Positions 38,005 to 47,686 of a stretch of DNA of 64,000 nt are shown one piece after another. Numbering within the stretch: position 1 is the stretch's first letter; the number at the start of each line of letters is the position of its first letter. This stretch comes from Candidatus Bathyarchaeota archaeon (GTDB taxonomy: Archaea; Thermoproteota; Bathyarchaeia; 40CM-2-53-6; DTDX01): contig JAGTRF010000006.1 of NCBI GenBank assembly GCA_018396775.1, positions 17,368-81,367 of the forward strand. Direction: 5' to 3'. A program made the translations under genes and the position numbers. A model generated the notes under the pieces. That model searched no databases. It saw only the letters and a program-made list of their open reading frames with translations, and was not told where the DNA came from.

Positions 38005-38032
38005 CGGAATTTATTTAAAGGAAGCTTTAGAT

Positions 38033-39223
38033 TTGAGTAAACGGTATTTCATGCTGATTGCGATATGGATAACTTATGGAGCTTTTTATTTAAATAGGCT
38101 TAATTTACCTGTGGTTTTCCCATCTTTAAGAAGCGAGTTAAATTTAACTTATACTCAAGTCGCTTTTATTGGCTCAAGCTTAATGGTAACATATACAATT
38201 GCTCAGCTTCCATCAGGTTTATTAAGCGATAAAATAGGCGCTAAAAAAGTTATAGCAATTGGAGGTTTAATAATAATTTTTTCAAATTTGCTTTTTGGGT
38301 TTAGCGATTTTTTTGAAGCTTTTATTTTAGCTCAATTTTTTAATGGTTTAGGTCAAGGGATGGGGTGGTCGCCTTCAATTAAGCTTCTTGCAAGCTTATC
38401 TTCAAAAAAGGAAAGGGGGACAATTATAGGTTTATTTTTAACTTCTGTTCCAGCTTTTTCAGCTTTAGCTTATATTATTTCAGGTTATTTAAACGCTAAT
38501 TTTGGTTGGAGAACAGCTTTCTATACACCTGCAACAATTCTTTCAACAGTTATAATAATGTTTTTGCTTGTTACGCGAAATGAAGAATCTATAAGCGGCT
38601 TAATTAAAGATAATTTAAGGAGAAAAATTGAATTAAAAAAAGTTTTATTTAATTTAAATGTTTGGATGGCGGGTATAGCTTTTTCAAGCATATTATTTGT
38701 TGAATACGGGTTTAACATGTGGATTCCGTCTTTTCTAGTTGACGAAAATAAAATGCCTTTAGAGAAGGCGGCTTTAATAGCAAGTGCAACTCCAATAGGT
38801 GGAGTTATAGGTGGGCCTTTAGGTGGATTCATGTCAGATAAATTGTTAAAAGGAAGAAGAAAGCCTATAATAGTTTTATCGTTTACAATTCTTTCAGCAT
38901 CAACTTTAATGTTAATTTATTTAAGGCAAAATTTAATTTGCCTAGTTTCTTCTTTAATTTTAATAGGTTTTTGCATTCAATCTTCTGGAGGCCTTTTCTT
39001 CGCTTATATAGCGGATATTTTGCCTTTAGCATTAACAGGTTCAGGAGCAGGTTTTCTAGAAACTATCGGGCATGCTGCTTCAATAACCTCTATATATGGA
39101 GTGGGGTTTTTAATAGATTTACTTGATTCTTACATTCAAGCTTTTTTAATTTTTCCTTTAGCTTCAATTTTAGGTTTCTTAGCTTCAATTAAAATGAGGG
39201 AAAAAGTTTTAAAGCTTGAATGA
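38033..39223 (+). CDS. MFS transporter
   Basis: 12-TM protein with an MFS signature loop (LSDKIGAKK); TTG start. Confidence 0.7.
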   Translation: MSKRYFMLIAIWITYGAFYLNRLNLPVVFPSLRSELNLTYTQVAFIGSSLMVTYTIAQLPSGLLSDKIGAKKVIAIGGLIIIFSNLLFGFSDFFEAFILAQFFNGLGQGMGWSPSIKLLASLSSKKERGTIIGLFLTSVPAFSALAYIISGYLNANFGWRTAFYTPATILSTVIIMFLLVTRNEESISGLIKDNLRRKIELKKVLFNLNVWMAGIAFSSILFVEYGFNMWIPSFLVDENKMPLEKAALIASATPIGGVIGGPLGGFMSDKLLKGRRKPIIVLSFTILSASTLMLIYLRQNLICLVSSLILIGFCIQSSGGLFFAYIADILPLALTGSGAGFLETIGHAASITSIYGVGFLIDLLDSYIQAFLIFPLASILGFLASIKMREKVLKLE

Positions 39224-39270
39224 ATTAAATTTATCACCGTTAAATTTTTATTTTTAAACAAGGAAAGATT

Positions 39271-39678
39271 TTGTGGGAAATGAAGATTATGAAACCACCT
39301 TGCATGATCATAGTTGTTAATGTGCTTCCAATTATAAGAGCTTTAATAGCTAAGCAGTTAATTGAAAAATACAATTTTAAGCTTGTTGACGCGGCTAGAA
39401 AAATGAATGTTACGCCTTCTGCGATAACTCAATATTTAAAGGGTTCTAGAGGGAGTAAAATTTTAAAGGAGATTAGAGGCTGCAACGCTTTAGAGGAGGC
39501 TGTAACAGCTATAGCTGAAGAATTATCTAAAGAAGATTCTAATATGGAGAAAATTTTAGAAAAGATTTGTGAATCATGTAAAGCTTTAAGAGAAGGAAAA
39601 GTTTTATGCGAAGCGCATATGATGGTTTTACCGGGTTTAAAAGCTTCCGGATGCAAATTATGTTTGATGGGCGGTTAA
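39271..39678 (+). CDS. Putative HTH transcriptional regulator with C-terminal CxxC...CxxC metal-binding region
   Basis: HTH-like segment ([19 protein letters not shown]) and C-terminal CESCK...CKLC. Confidence 0.4.
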   Translation: MWEMKIMKPPCMIIVVNVLPIIRALIAKQLIEKYNFKLVDAARKMNVTPSAITQYLKGSRGSKILKEIRGCNALEEAVTAIAEELSKEDSNMEKILEKICESCKALREGKVLCEAHMMVLPGLKASGCKLCLMGG

Positions 39679-40260
39679 AGCTTTAAAACTTTCAATTATC
39701 CTGTTTTTTATTTCATCAAAGTGAGAAGGAAGATTTTCTGGAGGCAAACCATCCTTTAGATATCTAGAGAATTTTTTATTATATTCTTCTTGAGTTAAGC
39801 TTTTAGCGTAAGCAGCTATATGCTCTCCTTTAATTCTTGATTCTTCAGGAAGAATTTCTTCGTTGCAAGAAATTTTTAATCCAGCATCTAAAGCGCCTTT
39901 CATAGCTGCGAAAACTTTTGCGCCTTTACTTGCTTTTCTTAAACCAATATCTAACACAGCTTCTTTAACATTGTTTTTTAAAGCTTTAAAGCCTGCTAGG
40001 AAACCTGTTAAATAAGCTGCAGGAGTATTTTTAAAGCAGCCTTTCAAACCAAGTTTTTTAAGCTCCATAGAGCTGGCTGAAGCTAAAACATAATCTCCAT
40101 TAGGTTTAGCTTCAGCAACTTGAATTAAAACATGCTTGTTTGTTAAGCGGACGATAAATCTTGGAAGCTTAGATAAAATTAAAGCGCGTCTTTTTTTATA
40201 ATTTGTTTTTCCTTCTCTTCTTCTTCTAAATGGAACGTTATATCTTGGGCCTTTAGCCAT
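39658..40260 (-). CDS. rpl18: Ribosomal protein L18 (uL18)
   Basis: N-terminus [24 protein letters not shown] matches archaeal L18. Confidence 0.85.
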   Translation of the reverse strand: MAKGPRYNVPFRRRREGKTNYKKRRALILSKLPRFIVRLTNKHVLIQVAEAKPNGDYVLASASSMELKKLGLKGCFKNTPAAYLTGFLAGFKALKNNVKEAVLDIGLRKASKGAKVFAAMKGALDAGLKISCNEEILPEESRIKGEHIAAYAKSLTQEEYNKKFSRYLKDGLPPENLPSHFDEIKNRIIESFKALTAHQT

Positions 40261-40280
40261 AAAGATTCCCCTTTCTCGCA

Positions 40281-40673
40281 TTAATATACGTAAGCTAAAA
40301 GCTTTCCTCCAACATTAAGCTCTCTAGCTTCCTTATTAGAAACTACGCCTTTAGGTGTTGTTAAAATTAATATGCCAATATTTTCAGCAGGTAAATATCT
40401 TTTCTCCCATTTTTCCATTTCATCGTTTTTAACAGAAAATCTAGGTTTTATAGCTGCGCATTTATTTATTCTACCTAGTAATTGAACCTTAAATTTCCCT
40501 GTTCTACCATCATCAATATACTCAAACTCACCTATATAACCGTTTTTCTGCATTACTCTAAGCGTTCTACCTATAAGCTTTGAAGCTGGCCAAATTACGC
40601 ATTCTCTTTTTCTTCTTTCTTCATTATTGCAGATTGTTACTAAAGCGTTTGCTAAAGGATCATTTAAACCCAT
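40281..40673 (-). CDS. rps8: Ribosomal protein S8 (uS8)
   Basis: DPLANAL...ICNNE start and C-terminal GGKLLAYVY. Confidence 0.85.
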   Translation of the reverse strand: MGLNDPLANALVTICNNEERRKRECVIWPASKLIGRTLRVMQKNGYIGEFEYIDDGRTGKFKVQLLGRINKCAAIKPRFSVKNDEMEKWEKRYLPAENIGILILTTPKGVVSNKEARELNVGGKLLAYVY

Positions 40674-41447
40674 TTAAAGCGCCTCTGCTTTAATTAATTT
40701 AGGTTCTAAAATTTTTATTAAAGGTTTCTCTTTTCCTATAATGAATACATAATCAAAAACTGTTTGGAATTTTCCAATAAAGTCTTCAAGGTAAACTAAA
40801 GCTGGTCGAGTGGCTGTTCCTTTAGTTAAATTGATTATTTTACCGCATCGACCCATGTTTGCTCCAGAAGTTATTAATGCATATGAACCTTCCTCAAACT
40901 TAATGTGACTTAAAAGTTTACCTGTAGGAAGCTCTAATTGAATTGTATCTCCAACTTTGTAAACATCTTCAACAGGATTTTTTGGGTTTTCAATTTTAAT
41001 TAAAAGGTTTCTTCCATCATGCAAGTTTAATTGAATATTTCCCTTTTTTAAGGTAGTTTTATTTTCTATTCTGCAAAGCTTAAATTTAGCTTCTTCCTTT
41101 GAAGTTTCAACTAAAGTTAACCCTTTACCGTAAGCTGGTAAAATTCTAAATGGTGTTTCTACACCTTCAACTTCAATTATATCCATTAATCCCACAGGAT
41201 ATTTTTTATCTCTTCTAACTTTTCCATCAACTTTAATTTTTCCTTGAGAAAGAATTATTTTAGCTTCTCTAGCTGTTTTAGCGTAACCAAGAATATCCCG
41301 AACAATTATTAATAATGGAATGCTTAAATGCATGGGGTGAGGACCAGAGCTTGGTTTAACAACCCATTTCTTCTCTTTAATATGAATAGGCCAAAATGTA
41401 GGAGATTGAAATCTTTTTAAATGTTTTGAACCGCTTTTTTTACCCAT
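40674..41447 (-). CDS. rps4e: Ribosomal protein S4e (eS4)
   Basis: MGKKSGSKHLKRFQSPTFWPI start, KOW region; 257 aa. Confidence 0.85.
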   Translation of the reverse strand: MGKKSGSKHLKRFQSPTFWPIHIKEKKWVVKPSSGPHPMHLSIPLLIIVRDILGYAKTAREAKIILSQGKIKVDGKVRRDKKYPVGLMDIIEVEGVETPFRILPAYGKGLTLVETSKEEAKFKLCRIENKTTLKKGNIQLNLHDGRNLLIKIENPKNPVEDVYKVGDTIQLELPTGKLLSHIKFEEGSYALITSGANMGRCGKIINLTKGTATRPALVYLEDFIGKFQTVFDYVFIIGKEKPLIKILEPKLIKAEAL

Positions 41448-41462
41448 TTTTCAACGCCTTTT

Positions 41463-41825
41463 TTAAGCTTTTTTTTCTAAAGTTTTAGCTCTCCATTTAT
41501 CATCTAAATTTAATCCTATAATCATTACTTTTGATGGGTGAATTGGAACTTTAACTGTTGAACCTGAAGTTTTTTCTCTAGTTACATTATCAATATAAAT
41601 TCTAATTTTTTTCATATCTACTTCAGAAACTTTTCCTTCGACTCCAGCGTAATCTCCTCTCATAATTTTTACAGTATCGCCTTTTCTTACTGGAAGCGTT
41701 TTAACGCCATATTTCTCTTTTAACTCTTTAGATAAACTTGCTGAAAGGAATTTACGTCTTAAATGTAAAGGTGCATTATAAAAAATTTTTCTTTGAACAG
41801 AAGGTTTTGAGGATACAATTTTCAT
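41463..41825 (-). CDS. rpl24: Ribosomal protein L24 (uL24)
   Basis: [49 protein letters not shown] motif. Confidence 0.85.
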   Translation of the reverse strand: MKIVSSKPSVQRKIFYNAPLHLRRKFLSASLSKELKEKYGVKTLPVRKGDTVKIMRGDYAGVEGKVSEVDMKKIRIYIDNVTREKTSGSTVKVPIHPSKVMIIGLNLDDKWRAKTLEKKA

Positions 41826-41836
41826 TGTAATTCACC

Positions 41837-42103
41837 TTATAGGATTCCAAGTTTAATAGCTAAATCTGAAGCTTTAAACTCTGGCTTAAGCTTAACATAA
41901 GCTTTCTTTTTTCCATCCATGGTTATACAAGTATTAACTTTATCAACTTTTACATCATATAATTCTTCAATCGCTTTTTTAATCTCTTTTTTTCCAGCTT
42001 TAATATCTACAATAAAAGTTAACTTGTTTTCAGCTTCAATTAAAGATACTGCATCTTCAGTAATTAATGGGTAAAGAATTAAATTTAAAGGTTTTTTAGC
42101 CAT
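41837..42103 (-). CDS. rpl23: Ribosomal protein L23 (uL23)
   Basis: 88 aa, [31 protein letters not shown] pattern. Confidence 0.8.
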   Translation of the reverse strand: MAKKPLNLILYPLITEDAVSLIEAENKLTFIVDIKAGKKEIKKAIEELYDVKVDKVNTCITMDGKKKAYVKLKPEFKASDLAIKLGIL

Positions 42104-42896
42104 TTAAAGCTCCCTCTGATAAAGCTTTAATTGCAGATTCAACCCATATCGTTAATCTTCCTGGATGAGTCCCCGGAGCTAAATGCTCCGGATTTAAGTT
42201 TCTTAATTCTATAACCGTTAAGCCTGGAATGTTTCTTGCAGCTTTTTTAACACCATTATCATTTACAATTACTATTAATGGACCGCTTCTTATTTTCTTT
42301 TTTCTACCACGTTTTTTACCTTTTCCAGCGCGAATCTTAATTGTTGAAGCTACTCTTTCTATATCGCTCCAAACACCAAGCTTCTTAAGAATTTGAGCGA
42401 TGTTAAATGTTCGGTTAATGCTTTGAATTTCATCAGAAACTATTAATGGAAAAGTTTTTGAAGAATCAAATTTATGCCCTCTTTTAGCTACTAATTCTTT
42501 TATAGCTGTTGCAGCTATAGCAGATTTTAAAGCTAAAAGCTTCTCTTTTTTATTTATCTTCTTTTTAATCTTTTTATTTGGCGTTGGAGGAAAAGCAAGC
42601 CTTCCGCCTACTGTGCTTGGAGCAAAAGCCGCTGTTCTAGCTTTAGGATAATTTTCACCTTTAACTCTTGGCACTCTAGAAAGCCCATAACCAACTCCAA
42701 GAGATTCAGCTGTGGTTCTTTTACCAGCCATAGGGTTTCTTCCTTTAGGTTGAAAGCGGTGAGATTGAATAGCTATAACCGCTCTTTTAATTAAATCATA
42801 TCTAACTGGTGTTAAGAATATGGATGGGAGATCAATTTCCCCTTTTTCATTTCCTTCAATATCATAAATTTTAGCTTTAAATTCTTGAGTCAGCAT
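42096..42896 (-). CDS. rpl4: Ribosomal protein L4 (uL4)
   Basis: 266 aa, archaeal L4/L1e pattern ([18 protein letters not shown]...). Confidence 0.8.
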   Translation of the reverse strand: MLTQEFKAKIYDIEGNEKGEIDLPSIFLTPVRYDLIKRAVIAIQSHRFQPKGRNPMAGKRTTAESLGVGYGLSRVPRVKGENYPKARTAAFAPSTVGGRLAFPPTPNKKIKKKINKKEKLLALKSAIAATAIKELVAKRGHKFDSSKTFPLIVSDEIQSINRTFNIAQILKKLGVWSDIERVASTIKIRAGKGKKRGRKKKIRSGPLIVIVNDNGVKKAARNIPGLTVIELRNLNPEHLAPGTHPGRLTIWVESAIKALSEGALNG

Positions 42897-42900
42897 TTAA

Positions 42901-43905
42901 TTAATCACCTTGCTTAGATTCTAAATCAATATATTGGATTTTCGGCGGTTCAACTGGAAGATTTTTAGCTCTAGCGGCATAACGTAAAACAATTAATCTT
43001 TTTGATGGGCCTGGAACAGAACCTTTAACCATTATATAATCTGAGTTTATTAAACCATATTTTAAGAAGCTGCCTTTAGGAGTAACTTCTTTTCCATCTC
43101 CACCTATTTTTAAAATTTGTTTATTATATTCTGTTCTTTGGTGAAAGCCCATTTGGCCAGCTCTTGGAACAGTTCTCATAACGTAATGAGGGTGCCAAGG
43201 TCCAATAGAACCTACGCCTCTAACGGTTTTTCTAGATTTATGGTGAAGAAGCGCTATTCCAAATCTTTTTACTGGACCTTGAAAACCTTTTCCTTTAGTT
43301 ACAGATATTACGTCAATCCACTGCCCTTCCTTAAGAATATTTGATGCTTTAATTTCTTTTCCTAAATACTTTTTAACCCATTCAAGCTGCTCTTTAATTG
43401 TTCCACCATCAATTTTAACTTCTAAAAGCTCTGGTTTTTTTCTTCCTTTTTTTATTATACGTGGTTGAGTAGCTAAAAAGACTCTAACTTCAGCAATTTT
43501 ATCTATAAAACCAAAAATTTTATCAAATTGTTTTTCAGTGTTAAATTTTTCTGGTAGAGGAAGTAATCGTTTAAAATCTTTTGGAGGCTTCTCCATCCAT
43601 GCTTCAGATAAAGTTTTAAGCCCTTTAGAAGCTTTCTCGTAAACTCTTACACCTGCAACAAGCATTGGTGGAGCTTCTATAATAGTTACTGGAATAGATA
43701 TCTCTTTTCCATATGTTAAAGAGCCTTTCACATTATCTATTGCTATTATATGAGTCATTCCAGCTTTATAACCAGCGAAAGCTAAAGGAGTAGGTGCGCC
43801 TGAAATTTTAGGCCAATATTTTATTTTTCCAATCCAGCTAGAGGCTCTAACTCTAGGCGTGAAAGCTAATGAACCTCTTCTAGGTGAGCTCCATTTTTTC
43901 CTCAA
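42901..43905 (-). CDS. rpl3: Ribosomal protein L3 (uL3)
   Basis: PRRGSLAF.PR...AGYKAGMTHI archaeal L3 signature; 334 aa. Confidence 0.85.
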   Translation of the reverse strand: MRKKWSSPRRGSLAFTPRVRASSWIGKIKYWPKISGAPTPLAFAGYKAGMTHIIAIDNVKGSLTYGKEISIPVTIIEAPPMLVAGVRVYEKASKGLKTLSEAWMEKPPKDFKRLLPLPEKFNTEKQFDKIFGFIDKIAEVRVFLATQPRIIKKGRKKPELLEVKIDGGTIKEQLEWVKKYLGKEIKASNILKEGQWIDVISVTKGKGFQGPVKRFGIALLHHKSRKTVRGVGSIGPWHPHYVMRTVPRAGQMGFHQRTEYNKQILKIGGDGKEVTPKGSFLKYGLINSDYIMVKGSVPGPSKRLIVLRYAARAKNLPVEPPKIQYIDLESKQGD

Positions 43906-43924
43906 AAATTTTCAACTCCCCTTT

Positions 43925-44359
43925 TTAATCAGTTTTAAGTTCTTTTAATATTTCAGCTGCTATTTTATCAAGCAGTTTTACGCCTTCTTTAGAAAGTTTT
44001 CGCCCTTTTTTATCAGCTTTTTCAATTAACCCTGCTTTTTCTAATTGTTGAAGAGGCTTTCTAATAGCTGAGCCTCCAGCTTTTCTAGAATGCTCTATAG
44101 ATCTTCCTTTACGTTTTCTACCGCCATATTTTCCTCTAAGCCTTGAAACCCCTACTGGTCCATGAATATAAAGTTTCCTAAGAAGCGAAGCGCATCGAAT
44201 ATACCACCAATCAGGGTTTTGTGGAGGCCTTTCTCTATGCGAGCTTGTTTTAGCGATTAAGCTCCAAACTGGAGGAGAAACATCCTCGATATTCTCCTTT
44301 AAATATTTAGCAAGCCTGCTTATAAGCATATCCGCAGGAACATCATATGCTGTAGGCAT
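43925..44359 (-). CDS. rps19e: Ribosomal protein S19e (eS19)
   Basis: MPTAYDVPADMLISRLAKYLKEN...PDWWYIRCASLLRKLY matches the eS19 family. Confidence 0.8.
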   Translation of the reverse strand: MPTAYDVPADMLISRLAKYLKENIEDVSPPVWSLIAKTSSHRERPPQNPDWWYIRCASLLRKLYIHGPVGVSRLRGKYGGRKRKGRSIEHSRKAGGSAIRKPLQQLEKAGLIEKADKKGRKLSKEGVKLLDKIAAEILKELKTD

Positions 44360-44583
44360 TTTATTTTATCCTCGCGCATTAAACGAAAATAATTCATAAT
44401 TTAAATATTTTTCTCCTTTTTAAACTTGCTGTAAATGCTTTTATAGAGAAAGCTTTCTGAATATTAAGCTTTATACTTTAATGAAGCGGCTTTTCTATAT
44501 GGGCCTCTCCGCCTTTTCCTAGCTTTCTTTTTTGCTTCAGCTTCAATAATCAACGCATTCTCTAAATAAAAGTTTTCATTCAT

Positions 44584-45597
44584 TTAGCTAAAAACCCCGT
44601 TTATCTTAGCTTCGCAAAAAACGCATTTAGAATCCTTAATTTTATAATCTAAAATTTCATATCCAAACCTTTGAATAAGCAAGTTTTTGCAGGAAGGGCA
44701 GTAAGTGTTTTCTCCAGGATCTCCTGGAACATTCCCTACATAAATATATTTTAAGCCAGTTTTTAATCCAATTTCTCTAGCCTTCTTTAAAGTGGTTATT
44801 GGGGTACGAGTTAAATGAGAAAGCTTATACATTGGGTAAAATTGAGTTACATGCCAAGGTGTTTCAGAATCAATTTCATTCTTAATAAACTCAGCTATTT
44901 TACGCAGTTCTTCTTCAGAATCATTCATTCCAGGAATAATTAAAGTTGTGATTTCAATCCAAATTCCTAACTTTTTATAAAGCTTTATCGCATCTAAAAC
45001 AGGTTCTAAGTGAGCACCGCAATTCTTTAAATAAAATTCTTCTTTAAAACTTTTTAAATCTATGTTTGCAGCGTCTAAATAAGGTTTTATCTCTTTTAAA
45101 GCCTCCTCAGTTATATAACCATTTGTTACAAAAACGTTTTTTACTCCATTTTCGCTAGCTAATTTAGCTGTTTCATAAGCAAACTCGAAAAATACTGTTG
45201 GCTCAGTATAAGTATAAGCTATGCTTTTACATTTGAATCTTTTAGCTTCAGAAACCATCCCTTCAGGTGTGGCATCTTCACCTAAAATAATTTTTTGTTC
45301 TCTTGGAAGCTGAGAAATCTCATAATTCTGGCAGTTTAAGCATCTAAAGTTACATCCTACAGTAGCTATAGAATAAGCTTCAGTTCCAGGATAAAAATGA
45401 AATAAAGGCTTTTTTTCTATCGGATCAACAGCCTTTGCAATAAGTTTACCATAAACTAAAGAATAAAGAATGCCATTTTTATTTTCTCTTACTCCACAAA
45501 TTCCTTTTTTAAAATTTGGAATTATGCATCTATGAGGGCAAAGGTTACATTTTACTTTATCATCGCTTAATTTCTCATAAAACATAGCTTCCTTCAA
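44584..45597 (-). CDS. AmmeMemoRadiSam-system radical SAM enzyme
   Basis: N-terminal KCNLCPHRCIIPNFKKGICGVR auxiliary Cys cluster followed by GCNFRCLNCQN radical SAM motif; 337 aa. Confidence 0.7.
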   Translation of the reverse strand: MKEAMFYEKLSDDKVKCNLCPHRCIIPNFKKGICGVRENKNGILYSLVYGKLIAKAVDPIEKKPLFHFYPGTEAYSIATVGCNFRCLNCQNYEISQLPREQKIILGEDATPEGMVSEAKRFKCKSIAYTYTEPTVFFEFAYETAKLASENGVKNVFVTNGYITEEALKEIKPYLDAANIDLKSFKEEFYLKNCGAHLEPVLDAIKLYKKLGIWIEITTLIIPGMNDSEEELRKIAEFIKNEIDSETPWHVTQFYPMYKLSHLTRTPITTLKKAREIGLKTGLKYIYVGNVPGDPGENTYCPSCKNLLIQRFGYEILDYKIKDSKCVFCEAKINGVFS

Positions 45598-46040
45598 GAT
45601 GAAAAGCCCCTAAAATAACAATATAAAGAAATTTTTATTTAAAGTTTGATAAAATAGGTTAAAAACCTCATGTTAGAAAAACATTTATATTTTTTTAAAA
45701 AAATAATAATTAAGATAGCGTAATAGTTAACAAAAGTGAACGTAAATTTTCTTTAAATTAAGAAAATAATCGAAGTGGGAAGCTGAAAGCTAGGTCTTAG
45801 AAGTTTAAGCATAAACGCTTCTTCAAGCAGCAGAAATATTTTTTTCTTAATATAATAACAAGAGATTTAATTACCTTTACAATTATAAACAATTAAAATT
45901 CTTCCTTAATTATTCAATTTCTTGCAAGCTCATCTTTTACAAAATTCTTCTATAGATTCATCATTCATGGCTAGCGTAAAAGCAAGCATTCTTAAAATAA
46001 AGTTAGCAACGTCAACACCTTCCTTAAGGGTATAGTAAGC

Positions 46041-46312
46041 TTGATGCTGTTAATTGTTGGAGCTGGGCCTGCAGGAGCTTCAGCATTAAAATACGCTGAA
46101 AACAGTTATAATATTCTGGTAATTGAAGAAAGCATGTTTGCTTAGCATCCTTAAAACACGGATTATTTTATGTAGCTTTTAGCAGTAAGAGGCTTTGTAA
46201 AAGTATATAAAATTTTAAACCTATTGTTGGAGAAAGGAATATTGCTTTAACTGGAGATGCTGGAGGTTTCTGTAACCCTTTTTTAGCGGAGCAAGCGCTG
46301 GAGAAGCCTTAA
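46041..46312 (+). pseudogene. Degraded geranylgeranyl-reductase-family gene (N-terminal FAD motif fragment and C-terminal GDAGG fragment, interrupted by stops)
   Basis: Frame fragments LMLLIVGAGPAGASALKYAENSYNILVIEE...* and ...IALTGDAGGFCNPF...* resemble the 5' and 3' ends of the intact paralogue at 12130-13302. Most of the body is missing. Confidence 0.5.
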
Positions 46313-46462
46313 AATAGGTTACAAAGAAAGAGGGGATCATCTAGCTTTTGCATCGAAAGCCTCTTTTGAGGGAGTTTAATAAATTTTAATAGTTAATTAA
46401 GTTTTTAAAAATTAAAAACCTTAAATTTTTATATTGTATAATCTTTTCCAAAGTTAAATGAG

Positions 46463-47617
46463 GTGTTGCTAATGGAGAGGTGGCGCTTAATAGATTTAGG
46501 CTTGCTTGAACCTTTTAAAGCGCAAACTTTCTATGAAGCTGTAGCATTTGCTGTAGATAAAGGCTTGTCTTTAAATACAATAATTTTATGTCAACCAGAA
46601 AGCCCGTATGTTTGTATCGGTTTTCATCAAGAGTTAGAAAAGGAAGTAAATATAGATTATTGTCGCATGAATAACTTACCGATAATTAGAAGATCTCAAG
46701 GTGGGGGAGCAACCTATTTAGATAAAAATCAAATTTTTTATCAGATTATTGCGAGAAAGGAAAGCTCTATAATCCCGAGTAAAATTGAAGAGTTTTTTGA
46801 GAAGTTTTTAAGTGTAACTGTTTATGTTTACCGCCAGCTTGGGCTTCAAGCTGAGTTTAAAGCTTTAAATGATGTAATAGTTAATGGAAAGAAGATATCA
46901 GGAAATGGCGCTGGTCAATTTGGTGATAACACGGTCATCCTTGTTGGAAATATAATTTTAGATTTAGATTATGAAGCTATGGCTCAAGTTTTAAAGGTTC
47001 CTGATGAAAAGTTTAGAGATAAAATGGTTAAAAGCATGAAAGAATGGGTGACTTCATTAAAAAGAGAGTTGGGATATATTCCAGAAGCATCTAAAATAAA
47101 AAGTTTATTAATTCAAGGTTATGAGAAAATTTTAGGAATTAAGCTAATTTCCTCCAAACCAACTGAAGAAGAGGAACACGTTTGGGGGGAAGAAGTTAAA
47201 CCAAAACATCTTTCTAGAGAGTGGCTTTACCAAAGGGGGAGACCAAATATTATTCAAGAAAGAACTGTAAAAATAGCTGATGGCGTAAAAGTGGTTCAAG
47301 CAGATTATAAAGCTGGAAAACTTATTAGAGTTACAGCTGAGTTGATAGGGGAGAGAATTTTAAATTTAACTTTTTCTGGAGATTTCTTTATGATACCGGA
47401 AAATAAATTAAAAGATTTGGAAGAAAAGCTTAAAAATTTAACTTTAGATAAAAGCTCTATTTTAGAAGAAATAAAAGCTTTTTATGAAGAAAACAAAGTT
47501 CAAACCCCTGGAATTAAGCCAGAAGACTTTGCTGAAGCTGTAATGAAATTAAAGAAGCTGGCTGAAGATTATTCGCCATTAATATATCCATATGTTAATC
47601 GTCATAATGGAGATTAA
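46463..47617 (+). CDS. lplA: Lipoate-protein ligase A family protein
   Basis: BPL/LPL catalytic motif RRSQGGGATYLD and K-containing loop (NGKKISGNG); C-terminal accessory domain; 384 aa. Confidence 0.7.
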   Translation: MLLMERWRLIDLGLLEPFKAQTFYEAVAFAVDKGLSLNTIILCQPESPYVCIGFHQELEKEVNIDYCRMNNLPIIRRSQGGGATYLDKNQIFYQIIARKESSIIPSKIEEFFEKFLSVTVYVYRQLGLQAEFKALNDVIVNGKKISGNGAGQFGDNTVILVGNIILDLDYEAMAQVLKVPDEKFRDKMVKSMKEWVTSLKRELGYIPEASKIKSLLIQGYEKILGIKLISSKPTEEEEHVWGEEVKPKHLSREWLYQRGRPNIIQERTVKIADGVKVVQADYKAGKLIRVTAELIGERILNLTFSGDFFMIPENKLKDLEEKLKNLTLDKSSILEEIKAFYEENKVQTPGIKPEDFAEAVMKLKKLAEDYSPLIYPYVNRHNGD

Positions 47618-47686
47618 TTAAATTTTGAAAAATTTTTGCTTTAAAAAATAAAGCTATTTTTAAAGTTAAAAAAAGGGAAAGTTAGT

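Noticed and set aside
44461-44583. 39-codon basic ORF after the radical SAM gene as a ribosomal protein (e.g. L41e-like)
   Set aside because: No recognisable ribosomal signature. Kept only as a note in the findings, not as a feature.
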